Below are positions 37,555 through 47,699 of a stretch of DNA of 48,620 bases, in pieces; position 1 is the first letter of the stretch, and each line of letters opens with the position of its first letter. A program made the translations under genes and the position numbers. Origin of the DNA: Bacillales bacterium (GTDB lineage: Bacteria > Bacillota_I > Bacilli_A > RFN20 > CAG-826). Location of the stretch: contig JAEESX010000003.1 in NCBI GenBank assembly GCA_016290145.1, forward strand, positions 1 through 48,620, given 5' to 3'. Below the pieces are notes generated by a model. The model saw nothing but the letters and a program-made list of their open reading frames with translations, was not told the origin of the DNA and did not search any database.

Positions 37555-39998
37555 TATTTTTCTTCCTCTTTTTTGGTTTCACCAACCACTTCGCCTTCTT
37601 GTTGCTTTGCAGCTTCAGCAGCTAATCTTTCTTCTTCAGCTTTTCTAGCAGCAGCTTGAGCGGCTTCAACTTGGTTGACAAATTTATCGATATTAACGAG
37701 GTTTAAAACTGCATCAACAGATGCCATTTCTAAGCATTCTCTGAACATGTCATAGCCTTCGTTAACGTAGTCTTGTAATGGGTTCACGTTCGCATAACCA
37801 CGTAAGTGGATACCTTCACGTAAACGCGCCATCGCGTCGATATGTTTAGTCCAGTTTTGGTCTAAGCAGTGTAAGATTAAATCTCTTTCAATACGGTCGC
37901 ATAATTCTTCAGGTAATTTGCTTCTCTTACGCATATATCTACGTAAAATTAATTCACCTAAGTCTTGACCACAGTTATCCACTAAGTCGTCTTCATAAGC
38001 ATTTGGATTGATACTACCTTCAGGTAAGAATCTTGGTTCAACTTGCTTAATTAATAATTCAGCGGAAATAAGTTGATCGTTGCTACCTTGTGGAATGGCT
38101 TTCTTAGCCAAGAACATACCGGTTGTAGCAAACATTTCATCAACGATATCTTTAATAGCACTACCTTCAATAATTCTGTCGCGTTTGTCATAGACATTTT
38201 GTCTTTGCTTTGCTAAGACATCATCATAATCCAATAAACTCTTACGAGTATCGAAATTCATGCCTTCAATCTTCTTTTGTGCGCTTGTAACTGCGTTAGA
38301 AACCATCTTGCTTTCAAGAGCTTCGTCGCCGAAGTTCTTTTCAATGTAGTTTCTCATAGCGTCAGCAGCGAATCTCACTAAAAGTGTGTCATCAAAGGAG
38401 ACATAGAATCTGGAAAAACCAGGGTCACCTTGACGGCCGGAACGACCACGTAATTGGTTATCAATACGACGTGATTCGTGGCGTTCAGTACCTAAGACAC
38501 ATAAACCACCTAAGGCTCTGACTTCGTCGTCAATCTTAATATCGGTACCACGACCTGCCATATTTGTAGCAAGTGTGATTGCACCCTTACGGCCTGCGAG
38601 AGCGATAATTTCCGCTTCACGTGCGTGGTTCTTCGCGTTTAACATTTCGTGTGGTAAACCAGCAGCAGTTAATAAATTAGAGATTTCTTCAGAAGATTCA
38701 ACTGAGACTGTACCAATCAAGATTGGTTGTCCTTTTTCATGTCTTCTCTTAACTTCTTCCACTAATGCAGCAAGTTTTGGGCCTTTGTGTGCGTAGATGA
38801 AATCTGTTGCGTCCTCACGGATAACAGGTCTGTTTGTAGGAACACATACAACGCGCATATTGTAGATTTTACGGAATTCTTCTTCCTCTGTTTTAGCGGT
38901 ACCAGTCATACCTGCCATTTTCTTGTATAAACGGAAGAAGTTTTGATATGTAATTGTCGCCATTGTGACTGTTTCTTGTTTAATGGTGACATTTTCTTTT
39001 GCTTGAACAGCTTGATGTAAACCATCGGACCATTCACGGCCTGGTAAAACACGGCCTGTAAATTGGTCAATAATTTGAACTTGTCCTTCACCATCGACTA
39101 AATAGTCGACATCTCTTTGCATAATGAAGTTTGCTTTAAGAGCGTTGTGAATTCTATGAACTAAATCGAAGTATTCTGGATCGTATAAGTTTCTAATACC
39201 GAACATTCTTTCAGCTTTAGTATTACCAGAATCAGTTAAATTAACTGTCTTCTCTTTAACATCAACTGTGAAATCGACATCTTTTTTTAAGGCTTTGCAG
39301 AATCTATCTGCAACTGTGTATTGGCTAGATGATGTTTTAACACCACCAGAAATAATTAATGGAGTACGGGATTCATCAATTAAAATTGAGTCAGCTTCGT
39401 CGACGATACAGAAGTTCAAACCACGAAGAACTCTGTGGTTCATATCTGTTGCCATGTTATCTCTTAAGTAGTCGAAACCTAACTCAGAGTTTGTTGTATA
39501 AGTAATATCGCACAAATAGGCTTCTTTCTTTTCAGATGTTGTTTTTGCACGTGCATTAACACCAACTGTTAAGCCTAAAAATCTATAGATTTGACCCATC
39601 CATTCAGCGTCACGACCAGATAAGTATTCATTAACTGTAACAACGTGAACACCTTTTCCAGATAAGGCGTTGAGGTATGTTGCCATTGTAGCGGTTAAGG
39701 TTTTACCTTCACCGGTTTTCATTTCTGCAACATCACCAGCGTGCATAACTAATGAACCAATAACTTGAACTTTGAATGGAAATTCATGAATAGTTCTTTT
39801 TGCGGCTTCACGGGCGACCGCGAAAGCTTCGTATTTGATATCATCAAGTGTTTTGCCATTTGCTAATAAATCTTTGAAGTAATCTGTTTTGGCTCTTAAT
39901 TCTTCATCGGTTAAAGCCGCCATCTTTTTCTCATAAGCTAAAACCTTATCAGCTTCTCTTGAGTACTTCTTAATAGCTCTTCTGTCAAAAAATCCCAT
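37554..39998 (-). CDS. secA: Preprotein translocase ATPase SecA
   Basis: MKTGEGKT, DEADSILIDE, TNMAGRGTDI, RRIDNQLRGRSGRQGDPG; no C-terminal Zn-binding motif. Confidence 0.98.
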   Translation of the reverse strand: MGFFDRRAIKKYSREADKVLAYEKKMAALTDEELRAKTDYFKDLLANGKTLDDIKYEAFAVAREAAKRTIHEFPFKVQVIGSLVMHAGDVAEMKTGEGKTLTATMATYLNALSGKGVHVVTVNEYLSGRDAEWMGQIYRFLGLTVGVNARAKTTSEKKEAYLCDITYTTNSELGFDYLRDNMATDMNHRVLRGLNFCIVDEADSILIDESRTPLIISGGVKTSSSQYTVADRFCKALKKDVDFTVDVKEKTVNLTDSGNTKAERMFGIRNLYDPEYFDLVHRIHNALKANFIMQRDVDYLVDGEGQVQIIDQFTGRVLPGREWSDGLHQAVQAKENVTIKQETVTMATITYQNFFRLYKKMAGMTGTAKTEEEEFRKIYNMRVVCVPTNRPVIREDATDFIYAHKGPKLAALVEEVKRRHEKGQPILIGTVSVESSEEISNLLTAAGLPHEMLNAKNHAREAEIIALAGRKGAITLATNMAGRGTDIKIDDEVRALGGLCVLGTERHESRRIDNQLRGRSGRQGDPGFSRFYVSFDDTLLVRFAADAMRNYIEKNFGDEALESKMVSNAVTSAQKKIEGMNFDTRKSLLDYDDVLAKQRQNVYDKRDRIIEGSAIKDIVDEMFATTGMFLAKKAIPQGSNDQLISAELLIKQVEPRFLPEGSINPNAYEDDLVDNCGQDLGELILRRYMRKRSKLPEELCDRIERDLILHCLDQNWTKHIDAMARLREGIHLRGYANVNPLQDYVNEGYDMFRECLEMASVDAVLNLVNIDKFVNQVEAAQAAARKAEEERLAAEAAKQQEGEVVGETKKEEEK

Positions 39999-40127
39999 AT
40001 TTTTTACCAACACAACAACAATGTTGTGCCTTTCTTTATAGATGTAAGAATGTAAAACATTCGCTTTTATATACTATCTTTTAATATGAACTCGTGTCAA
40101 ATAGTAAATAATTACTATTGCTTTTTA

Positions 40128-40742
40128 TCACTTATTTTCCGTTTTAGACATTACTAAAACTTCTATCTTTTTTGGATGCAATTTCTCAATAAGTTTTATG
40201 CAGGCTTTCATCGTAGATCCAGTGGTATAGACATCATCAACAAGCAAAATCTTAAAGTTAGATAAATCAGAGTTATCAGTTAACACCAAATGCTCTCCAA
40301 TTTTTTTTCGTTTTTGTGATGTGCTTGTTGCCTGTTTTATTTTCTTGGTCTTAGCAATCAGTTTCCGCATAGGTAAATGTAGAATCTTGAACATCTCTTC
40401 AACATGGTTAAATTCTCTTATTTCATCATCCTGTTTGTATGAAGGAACAGGCACCACAACATACCCCCTATACCGCAAGGATAATTCCCTCGAAAAACGT
40501 TCAAAAAATACGTTCAATAATTCATAATCAAAACATCCTTTGAATTGATAGAGCAAAGATTGAACTTTTTCATCATATCTATAAATAGATATAGCATTGT
40601 ATCCAAGTACCTGAAATTTGAAAAAATGCATCTTGATTTCTTGAAAACAACGGGCGCAAACATCCGCTTCTTTATGGGTGAGATTAAAGAGCGTTTTATC
40701 ACCTATTTCTTTGAAGCAAATCTTACAAACTTTTGTTGGCAA
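40128..40742 (-). CDS. comFC: ComF family protein (Zn finger plus phosphoribosyltransferase)
   Basis: CKIC..CARC, REFNH, LLVDDVYTTGST; likely TTG start overlapping the end of comFA. Confidence 0.85.
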   Translation of the reverse strand: MPTKVCKICFKEIGDKTLFNLTHKEADVCARCFQEIKMHFFKFQVLGYNAISIYRYDEKVQSLLYQFKGCFDYELLNVFFERFSRELSLRYRGYVVVPVPSYKQDDEIREFNHVEEMFKILHLPMRKLIAKTKKIKQATSTSQKRKKIGEHLVLTDNSDLSNFKILLVDDVYTTGSTMKACIKLIEKLHPKKIEVLVMSKTENK

Positions 40743-41865
40743 ATTCGATCTCTCGGACAGCCTCAACCATTTCATTAGTTTCTCGCTTGGCAATAAACAC
40801 CACCTCCCCTGTTGGAGCATCTTTCTTCCTGCCAACTCTACCTGAAATCTGAATGAGAGCCGCTGAAGTATAGAGCGGATGGTCCGCTCCAAAGATGATG
40901 ACTTGAAGATCTTTGACTGTAACACCACGTTCAAGCACAGCTGTCGTCACAAGAATTTTGGTCAGCCCTTTTCTGAACTTATCTATCCGCTCGTTTCGAT
41001 CAGAGCATTTGGAATGCACAAAATCTGTATTTTTGAAGAAGAGCCTAAGCACATCAAAAGTCTGTTCGCATGTGTCAATTGTGGGAGAAAATACGAAAAT
41101 TGGCTTATTTTGGGCCAAAAAACGCCGCAATTCTTGTATCAAATGGTAATAACTCATCACTCCAGAATGGATCGAAAACCGAGGCACAGGGAGTGGGTGA
41201 TTATGGAATCTTTTATTCAAATTCAAGATTCTTTTTTCATTTTTGCTAAAAGAGTCAATTACTTCTTTAGATGGCGTGGCAGAAAGGAGTATGTAATGAC
41301 CACGAACAGCCTTAGTAAAAAATGCTTGAAGAACTTCATTTCCATTATATGGAAAAGCATCAATCTCATCTAATATTAATAAGTCAAAATAATGAGGGTA
41401 TCTAAACAACTGATGGGTGGTCAAACAAATCAAATCTCCCTCTAGTTTAAAGGCGTGACCACCATACACAGACACCACTTTATTGTTTTCAAAGATGCTT
41501 TTGAATCGTAAATAGAGTTCTCTAATGACATCACGCCTAGGCACTGCAAAACCAACCTTTAGGTTGTGACTAATCGCGTAGGATATAACTTCTAAAACAA
41601 TTTCTGTCTTCCCAGAACCACATACAGCATGCACTAAACTATCAAATCCATTAATAAAGTTACTAACAAGCTCTTTAGACAAACGTTTTTGATCGTCTGA
41701 TAATTCGTAATGCAAAGCATAATCAGCGCTCTCAGACTGTCTAAAATCACCAATTGCTTCTTGTCCTCTAAATGTTATACATTTGCGGCAGTATACTTTG
41801 CCATTTCTAAAACCTAGATACTTTGTATCCGTGTTTCCACATATTGGGCATACGTATTCATCCAT
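40723..41865 (-). CDS. comFA: Competence DEAD/DEAH-box helicase ComFA
   Basis: CPICG..YCRKC, HAVCGSGKTE, DEIDAFPY, SAT, LERGVT, QISGRVGR. Confidence 0.9.
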   Translation of the reverse strand: MDEYVCPICGNTDTKYLGFRNGKVYCRKCITFRGQEAIGDFRQSESADYALHYELSDDQKRLSKELVSNFINGFDSLVHAVCGSGKTEIVLEVISYAISHNLKVGFAVPRRDVIRELYLRFKSIFENNKVVSVYGGHAFKLEGDLICLTTHQLFRYPHYFDLLILDEIDAFPYNGNEVLQAFFTKAVRGHYILLSATPSKEVIDSFSKNEKRILNLNKRFHNHPLPVPRFSIHSGVMSYYHLIQELRRFLAQNKPIFVFSPTIDTCEQTFDVLRLFFKNTDFVHSKCSDRNERIDKFRKGLTKILVTTAVLERGVTVKDLQVIIFGADHPLYTSAALIQISGRVGRKKDAPTGEVVFIAKRETNEMVEAVREIEFANKSL

Positions 41866-41917
41866 AAATAAAACCCCCTACTAATACATAGGGGGCATTA
41901 TTAGAAAAATTTGCAGA

Positions 41918-42358
41918 TTATTTTTCCAAATCTTTAATCATGTCAACGCGTGTTTGGTGTCTTCCGCCTTCGAAATCTGTGCTTAAAAAGATATTTATTC
42001 TTCTTATGACATCTTGTGTATCCATGAATTTCGCACCAAAAGCGATAACATTAGCATCGTTGTGTTGTCTCATTAAACGTGAAACTTCATCGTTATAGCC
42101 AAGTCCGCAACGAATACCTTTAATTTTATTAGCGGCAATTGCAATGCCTTCACCGCTTGTGCAGATAACAATACCAAAATCCGCTTCTTTACGAGCAACA
42201 AGTCTTCCGACCTCGGCTCCATATAATGGATAATGGCAAGAATCATGTGAGTTGGTTCCAACATCAATGACTTTATAACCATTAGATTCTAAATACTTAA
42301 CTACTTCGTCTTTTTGATCAACACCACCGTGATCACTACCAATAGCAATTCTTAACAT
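41918..42358 (-). CDS. rpiB: Ribose-5-phosphate isomerase B
   Basis: GSDHGG, ICTSGEG, ANK, RQHNDAN, FEGGRH. Confidence 0.93.
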   Translation of the reverse strand: MLRIAIGSDHGGVDQKDEVVKYLESNGYKVIDVGTNSHDSCHYPLYGAEVGRLVARKEADFGIVICTSGEGIAIAANKIKGIRCGLGYNDEVSRLMRQHNDANVIAFGAKFMDTQDVIRRINIFLSTDFEGGRHQTRVDMIKDLEK

Positions 42359-42373
42359 AAGGATTCCTCCGAT

Positions 42374-43201
42374 CTACTTTATTATATAAAGAAAACGTGT
42401 TTTATCATATATATCTTTATGGAAACGATAAGTGCAACCAACTAGATATTTATTCATAAGTTCAATTAATGGTTTTTCCATATCTTCTTCTATTTCGAAA
42501 GCCATTAAATAATGTTCTTTCATAACTTTGTGAGCATCTTTAAAAATCTCTTCATAACACTTTGTAGCAGGTGAAGCGATAAGAGCTAAATGTGGTTCAT
42601 AATCCCAAACTTGCTTATCAATATTTTTGATGTTTTCGATGTATGGAGGATTGCATATTAACACATCAAGTTTAACCTTTTTATCAATTAATGGTTGCAA
42701 TAAATTTCCACATAATGTTTCAACTTTATTTACATTCTTTTTAGCAATCTTTAATGCATACAAGGAAATGTCTGTAGCATAGATTTTTGCGTTAGGCATT
42801 TCTTGTTCTATGGCACAAGCAATAGCACCACTTCCTGTACAAACATCAGCAATTACTGGAGCGCCACCATTACCAAATGCTTTCTTCAAATAGACAATTG
42901 TATCGACAGTTAATTGTTCTGTCTCTTGTCTAGGGATTAAGACGTCCTTATTTACTATAATTTTGTTACCCAAGAAATAGGTGTGACCAATAACATATTG
43001 ATAAGGCATACCCTTCTTAACTAAATCAACATTTACTAGTAAATGTTCAAAATCGCGAACTTCTTTGTCAAAGTTTGCATACAAAACCATTCGATCATCA
43101 TAACCATTAGCATCTGCAAGCAAACTAATGATTACATTCTTATTTAAATATTTATGATCTTCATTTAGTAATTTGAAATAAATATCACGATTAGTAGGCA
43201 T
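42374..43201 (-). CDS. prmC: Release factor glutamine methyltransferase
   Basis: VLIPRQETE, DVCTGSGAIA, NPPY; directly after prfA. Confidence 0.95.
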   Translation of the reverse strand: MPTNRDIYFKLLNEDHKYLNKNVIISLLADANGYDDRMVLYANFDKEVRDFEHLLVNVDLVKKGMPYQYVIGHTYFLGNKIIVNKDVLIPRQETEQLTVDTIVYLKKAFGNGGAPVIADVCTGSGAIACAIEQEMPNAKIYATDISLYALKIAKKNVNKVETLCGNLLQPLIDKKVKLDVLICNPPYIENIKNIDKQVWDYEPHLALIASPATKCYEEIFKDAHKVMKEHYLMAFEIEEDMEKPLIELMNKYLVGCTYRFHKDIYDKTRFLYIIK

Positions 43202-43203
43202 TA

Positions 43204-44277
43204 TTATTCACCAGCCATTTTCATGGATTGGTCATAGTGAATGAGAGCATCGATGATTTCGTCAAGTTCCCCTTCAATGACTCTATCAAGCTTTTGAATT
43301 GTGAAACCAATTCTATGGTCTGTTACACGGTTTTGAGGATAGTTATAAGTTCTGACTTTTTCGGATCTTTCGCCAGTACCAATCTTTAACCTTCTCTCAT
43401 TGCCGATTTCTTCTTGTTGTTTTGCTAATTTATCGGTATACATTTTTGTTCTTAACATTTGCATTGCCAACTCTTTATTTTGGATTTGAGACTTCTCAGT
43501 TTGACATGCAACTACTGTTCCGGTTGGAATGTGGGTAATACGAACTGCGGATTCTGTTTTGTTAACGTTTTGTCCACCAGCACCTTGAGAGTGATAAGTG
43601 TCAATTTGTAAATCGCTTGGGTTAATCTCAATATCAATTTCTTCTGCTTCAGGCATGACTAACACTGTTGCTGTAGATGTGTGGATACGGCCGCTCGCTT
43701 CTGTACGTGGAACACGTTGCACACGATGCGCACCACTTTCAAACTTAAGTTTGGAGAAAACCATTTTGCCACTGATTTTGAATGAAACAAGGGCAAAACC
43801 ACCTGATTCAGATGGACTTTCATCTAATAATTGGATCTTCCATCCTTGAGATTCAGCATATCTTGTATACATACGGAATAAATCACCAGCAAAAATATTG
43901 GCTTCATCACCACCGACAGCGCCTCTAATTTCAACAATGATGTTTTTATCATCATTAGGATCTTTAGGTAAAAGGAGTTCTTTAAGTTGAACTTCTAATT
44001 CTTCCTGTTCAGCAGTTAATCTCTTAACTTCTTCTTTGCCCATTTCAGAAATTTCTGGATCGGAATCGTTTGCCATTTCTCTAGCACCTGCGATTTCTTC
44101 CTCATTCTTTTTATATTTAATATATGTTTCTACTTGTGGGTCTAGATTTGCTCTCTCTTTAGAGATATCACGAAAATGAGCTAAATCTTTCATAACATTT
44201 TCACTAGATAGCTCTTCATCAATCTCTGCTAATCTTTTGATAGCAACTTCTAAACGTTGTCTCATGCTGTCTTCCAT
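43204..44277 (-). CDS. prfA: Peptide chain release factor 1
   Basis: PxT (PRT) and GGQ motifs, RTYNYPQNRVTDHRI. Confidence 0.97.
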   Translation of the reverse strand: MEDSMRQRLEVAIKRLAEIDEELSSENVMKDLAHFRDISKERANLDPQVETYIKYKKNEEEIAGAREMANDSDPEISEMGKEEVKRLTAEQEELEVQLKELLLPKDPNDDKNIIVEIRGAVGGDEANIFAGDLFRMYTRYAESQGWKIQLLDESPSESGGFALVSFKISGKMVFSKLKFESGAHRVQRVPRTEASGRIHTSTATVLVMPEAEEIDIEINPSDLQIDTYHSQGAGGQNVNKTESAVRITHIPTGTVVACQTEKSQIQNKELAMQMLRTKMYTDKLAKQQEEIGNERRLKIGTGERSEKVRTYNYPQNRVTDHRIGFTIQKLDRVIEGELDEIIDALIHYDQSMKMAGE

Positions 44278-44419
44278 AGTATTACCTCAATTATGGCTTT
44301 ATGTATTGTATCACAATGTTATTATTCTTAAAAATAGTAATCGTTTTTGTATTTAATATTCATATTAAGTCTTTAAGGAAATCTTTCGTTTGTGTATAAT
44401 CAAAACAGGTGAATACAAA

Positions 44420-46165
44420 ATGGCATATAAAGCTCTTTATCGTACGTATCGTCCAACTACTTTTGAAGAAGTCGCTGGACAACAACATATTGTTAAAACA
44501 ATAAGAAACGCTCTTACAACGGGCAAAATCGCACATGCGTATCTTTTTGCTGGCCCACGTGGTACAGGTAAGACAACCATGGCAAAATTATTAGCTAAAG
44601 CACTTAACTGTGAACACGGAATTGGTTGCCAATGCAATGAATGTAAAAACTGCCAAGCAATTAATGAAGGCACACATCCAGATGTTTTAGAAATCGACGC
44701 AGCCAGTAATAATGGTGTCGATGAGATTAGAGATCTTATTGACAAAGTCAAATACGGCACAATTTTAGGTAAATACAAAGTATATATCATTGATGAGGTT
44801 CATATGATGACTGCTGGTGCATTTAATGCCTTATTAAAGACATTAGAAGAGCCACCAGAACACGTTATTTTCATCTTAGCGACCACTGAACCACACAAAA
44901 TTTTGCCAACCATTTTATCTCGCTGTCAAAGATATGACTTCTCTAAAGTCAGTGACTCAGACATTAGAGAAAGATTGAAAACTATACTTGAAAACGAAAA
45001 CATTGATTATAACGAGGAAGCTATCAACCTCATCATCTCATTAGCAGACGGTGGAATGAGAGATGCACTATCCATCCTCGATCAAGTCCTCGCTTACTCA
45101 GGTGATAAGTTGAGTGTTCAAGATGTGCTCGATATCTTCGCTCTAGAATCAACTGAGGAGAAAATCAACTTGCTGAATTCAATTGTAGACAGCAACGTAA
45201 CAGATATCCTAGGTAGACTCAATGCTTATATCGAGAAAGGAACAGACATAAAACGTTTAACAAATGACTTATTAGTCATTTTGAAAGATGTTCTTATTTA
45301 TAGTTCTTCAAATAACATGAAGTATTTACAAGTGTTAAAAGAAGATGAAGTAATCAAACTTTCCAACAAGATTGATGCCTCAAAAGCGATGGAAATGATC
45401 ACAGTCCTCATGAACACATTAAAGGACTATAAGAACGTTACAGCCATCAATCCACTATTCGAGGTAACATTACTCAAATTAGCATCAATTAAGGCTCAAA
45501 ATGCCCAAAAACCTGCGCAAAATCCAGCTGAATTAAGACCTTTGAGGTACGAAACACCTGCTAGCGCCGGTCCAAGCGAAACACTTCTTAAAAAACACGA
45601 GGAAGAAAGACAAGCAGCCGCGCAACAACCTGTTCCTGAAGTTAAGAAACCAGAACCAGTTATAGAACCAGAAAAACCAAAAGAAACTGTTAGTTTATTT
45701 GATGATGATTCTGTGGCATCCGACGAAAATGTTATTTATATAAATGGTACTGAAGTTGATGACCACTATGAAATAGATGAAAAAACTATGGTTGATATCA
45801 TGGTCATTAGTAAAAAAGATATTAAGAACAACTTGTTAGAAAACTGGAAAAACCTTAAAAGGTTAACAGCACATCCTAAGTTAGGAAAAATAGCAACTAT
45901 GTTAGTTGATGGACACCCATTAGTAGTATCTAACAAAGTTATGGTTCTTGAATATCAATCTGATAATGTCGTTGAGAAGATGAATTTGATTTATAATCAA
46001 AAAGACATTCAAAATGTTATCAGAACAGTATTTGGTAAGAAGATGTTCGTCTATGCAGTTAATAGAAAAGGTTCCATCGACTTACAACAAAAATTTATGA
46101 ACTTATTACAACTCAGTAGGCTTCCAAAAGCTGACACAGTTGAAATTGAATTTATTGGAGATTAG
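44420..46165 (+). CDS. dnaX: DNA polymerase III gamma/tau
   Basis: ALYRTYRP, GPRGTGKT, EIDAAS, IIDEVHM, SRC. Confidence 0.97.
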   Translation: MAYKALYRTYRPTTFEEVAGQQHIVKTIRNALTTGKIAHAYLFAGPRGTGKTTMAKLLAKALNCEHGIGCQCNECKNCQAINEGTHPDVLEIDAASNNGVDEIRDLIDKVKYGTILGKYKVYIIDEVHMMTAGAFNALLKTLEEPPEHVIFILATTEPHKILPTILSRCQRYDFSKVSDSDIRERLKTILENENIDYNEEAINLIISLADGGMRDALSILDQVLAYSGDKLSVQDVLDIFALESTEEKINLLNSIVDSNVTDILGRLNAYIEKGTDIKRLTNDLLVILKDVLIYSSSNNMKYLQVLKEDEVIKLSNKIDASKAMEMITVLMNTLKDYKNVTAINPLFEVTLLKLASIKAQNAQKPAQNPAELRPLRYETPASAGPSETLLKKHEEERQAAAQQPVPEVKKPEPVIEPEKPKETVSLFDDDSVASDENVIYINGTEVDDHYEIDEKTMVDIMVISKKDIKNNLLENWKNLKRLTAHPKLGKIATMLVDGHPLVVSNKVMVLEYQSDNVVEKMNLIYNQKDIQNVIRTVFGKKMFVYAVNRKGSIDLQQKFMNLLQLSRLPKADTVEIEFIGD

Positions 46166-46169
46166 TTTT

Positions 46170-46475
46170 ATGAACATGCAACAAATGATGATTCAAGCTC
46201 AAAAAATGCAAAGAGAATTAAAGAAAGCAATGGATGAGCTTGCAAAGCAAGAATTCTCAGTTAACAAGAGCGGAGCAGTCACAGTCACAATGATGGGTGA
46301 TGGTTCCCTTAAATCAATTGAAATTGATGATGATGCTTTTGAAAAAGACAACAAAGAAATGATTCAAGACTTAATCGTTATGGGAGTTCAAGAACTCACA
46401 GAAAAGATTGAAGAAGCAAAAGCAGACGTCAACGAAAGAATTACAGGATCACGTTCTGGATTTGGTGGTTTCTAA
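46170..46475 (+). CDS. ybaB: YbaB/EbfC nucleoid-associated protein
   Basis: MNMQQMM-QAQKMQ; lies between dnaX and recR. Confidence 0.92.
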   Translation: MNMQQMMIQAQKMQRELKKAMDELAKQEFSVNKSGAVTVTMMGDGSLKSIEIDDDAFEKDNKEMIQDLIVMGVQELTEKIEEAKADVNERITGSRSGFGGF

Positions 46476-47068
46476 TGGATTTAAAAGCATTAGTTAGACT
46501 TCAAGAATCTTTAGCTAAGCTCCCAAGCATTGGTAAGAAAAGTGCTGAGAGAATGGCTTTTGCCATGCTCGAAATGGAAGATGAAGATTTGAACGAATTT
46601 GCTGATGCAATTAAAGAATTGAAAACCAAAATTCATTTATGCCCAATCTGTGGGAACATCACCGAAGATGATGAATGCTACATCTGCAAAGATGAATCTA
46701 GAGATAGAGAAACCATTCTTGTGGTCTCGTCTCCAAAGGATGTTATTGCATTCGAAAACGCTGAAGGATACCGCGGATTATATCACGTATTAGGTGGAAC
46801 AATTTCTATTTCCAAAGGAAAAGGAATTGAAGACCTCAATATTGCCTCATTAATTAAACGTGTTGAGGAAGATAATATCAAAGAAGTTATTATCGCCACA
46901 AACCCAACAGTTGATGGTGAAACAACCGCTTTATATTTAGCAAAACTATTAGACAACAAAGGCGCCAACGTCACTCGTTTAGCTTATGGATTACCAATGG
47001 GTGGAAACCTTGATTATGCCGATGCATTAACATTAGCAAAAGCTATCGAAGGAAGACGTAAAATCTAG
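46475..47068 (+). CDS. recR: Recombination mediator RecR
   Basis: LPSIGKKSAER, C4 Zn finger, YHVLGG, TOPRIM. Confidence 0.97.
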   Translation: MDLKALVRLQESLAKLPSIGKKSAERMAFAMLEMEDEDLNEFADAIKELKTKIHLCPICGNITEDDECYICKDESRDRETILVVSSPKDVIAFENAEGYRGLYHVLGGTISISKGKGIEDLNIASLIKRVEEDNIKEVIIATNPTVDGETTALYLAKLLDNKGANVTRLAYGLPMGGNLDYADALTLAKAIEGRRKI

Positions 47069-47078
47069 GAGGAACTTT

Positions 47079-47699
47079 ATGTTTATTACTTTAGAAGGAC
47101 CAGAAGGTTCAGGAAAAACTACTGCCGTTGAAGCAGCTGTTAAAAAGCTTGAAGAAATGGGCTATCAAATTGTTCGTACCAGAGAACCAGGAGGAACACC
47201 AATTTCTGAACAAATTCGTAATGTTATCTTAGATAAAGGTAACACAGCGATGGATGGAAGAACTGAAGCACTCCTTTACGCTGCAAGCAGAAGACAACAC
47301 CTTGTAGAAAAGGTTTGGCCTGCTTTAAAAGAAGGCAAAATTGTCATTTGTGATCGTTATTTAGATAGTTCTTTAGCATACCAAGGTGGTGCTAGAGGTT
47401 TAGGTATCGAAGAAGTATTAAACATTAATCTCTTTGCTACAGAAAACACCTGGCCTGATTTAACTCTATTATTCGATATTAAACCAGAGATTGGTTTAGC
47501 AAGAATTAATGCGAATGCGAATAGAGAAGTTAATCGTTTAGATTTAGAAAAAATTGAATTCCATAATAAGGTTAGAGAATCATTTCTTGCTTTAGCAAAA
47601 AGATTCCCAGACCGTTACGTCATTATTGATGCAAGCTTAAGTCGTGATGAAGTAGCAAAAGCAACCATGGAGGCTATTTTGTCCCGCTTATGCAAGTAG
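47079..47699 (+). CDS. tmk: Thymidylate kinase
   Basis: FITLEGPEGSGKTT, TREPGG, DRYLDSSLAYQG. Confidence 0.97.
   Translation: MFITLEGPEGSGKTTAVEAAVKKLEEMGYQIVRTREPGGTPISEQIRNVILDKGNTAMDGRTEALLYAASRRQHLVEKVWPALKEGKIVICDRYLDSSLAYQGGARGLGIEEVLNINLFATENTWPDLTLLFDIKPEIGLARINANANREVNRLDLEKIEFHNKVRESFLALAKRFPDRYVIIDASLSRDEVAKATMEAILSRLCK

Noticed and set aside
40743-40934. N-terminal extension of the ComF ORF
   Set aside because: Overlaps comFA in another frame; homology-like sequence begins at the CKIC motif near 40742.
44278-44419. SRP RNA upstream of dnaX (common in Firmicutes)
   Set aside because: The gap is short and AT-rich with divergent promoters; no GGAA-loop SRP helix.
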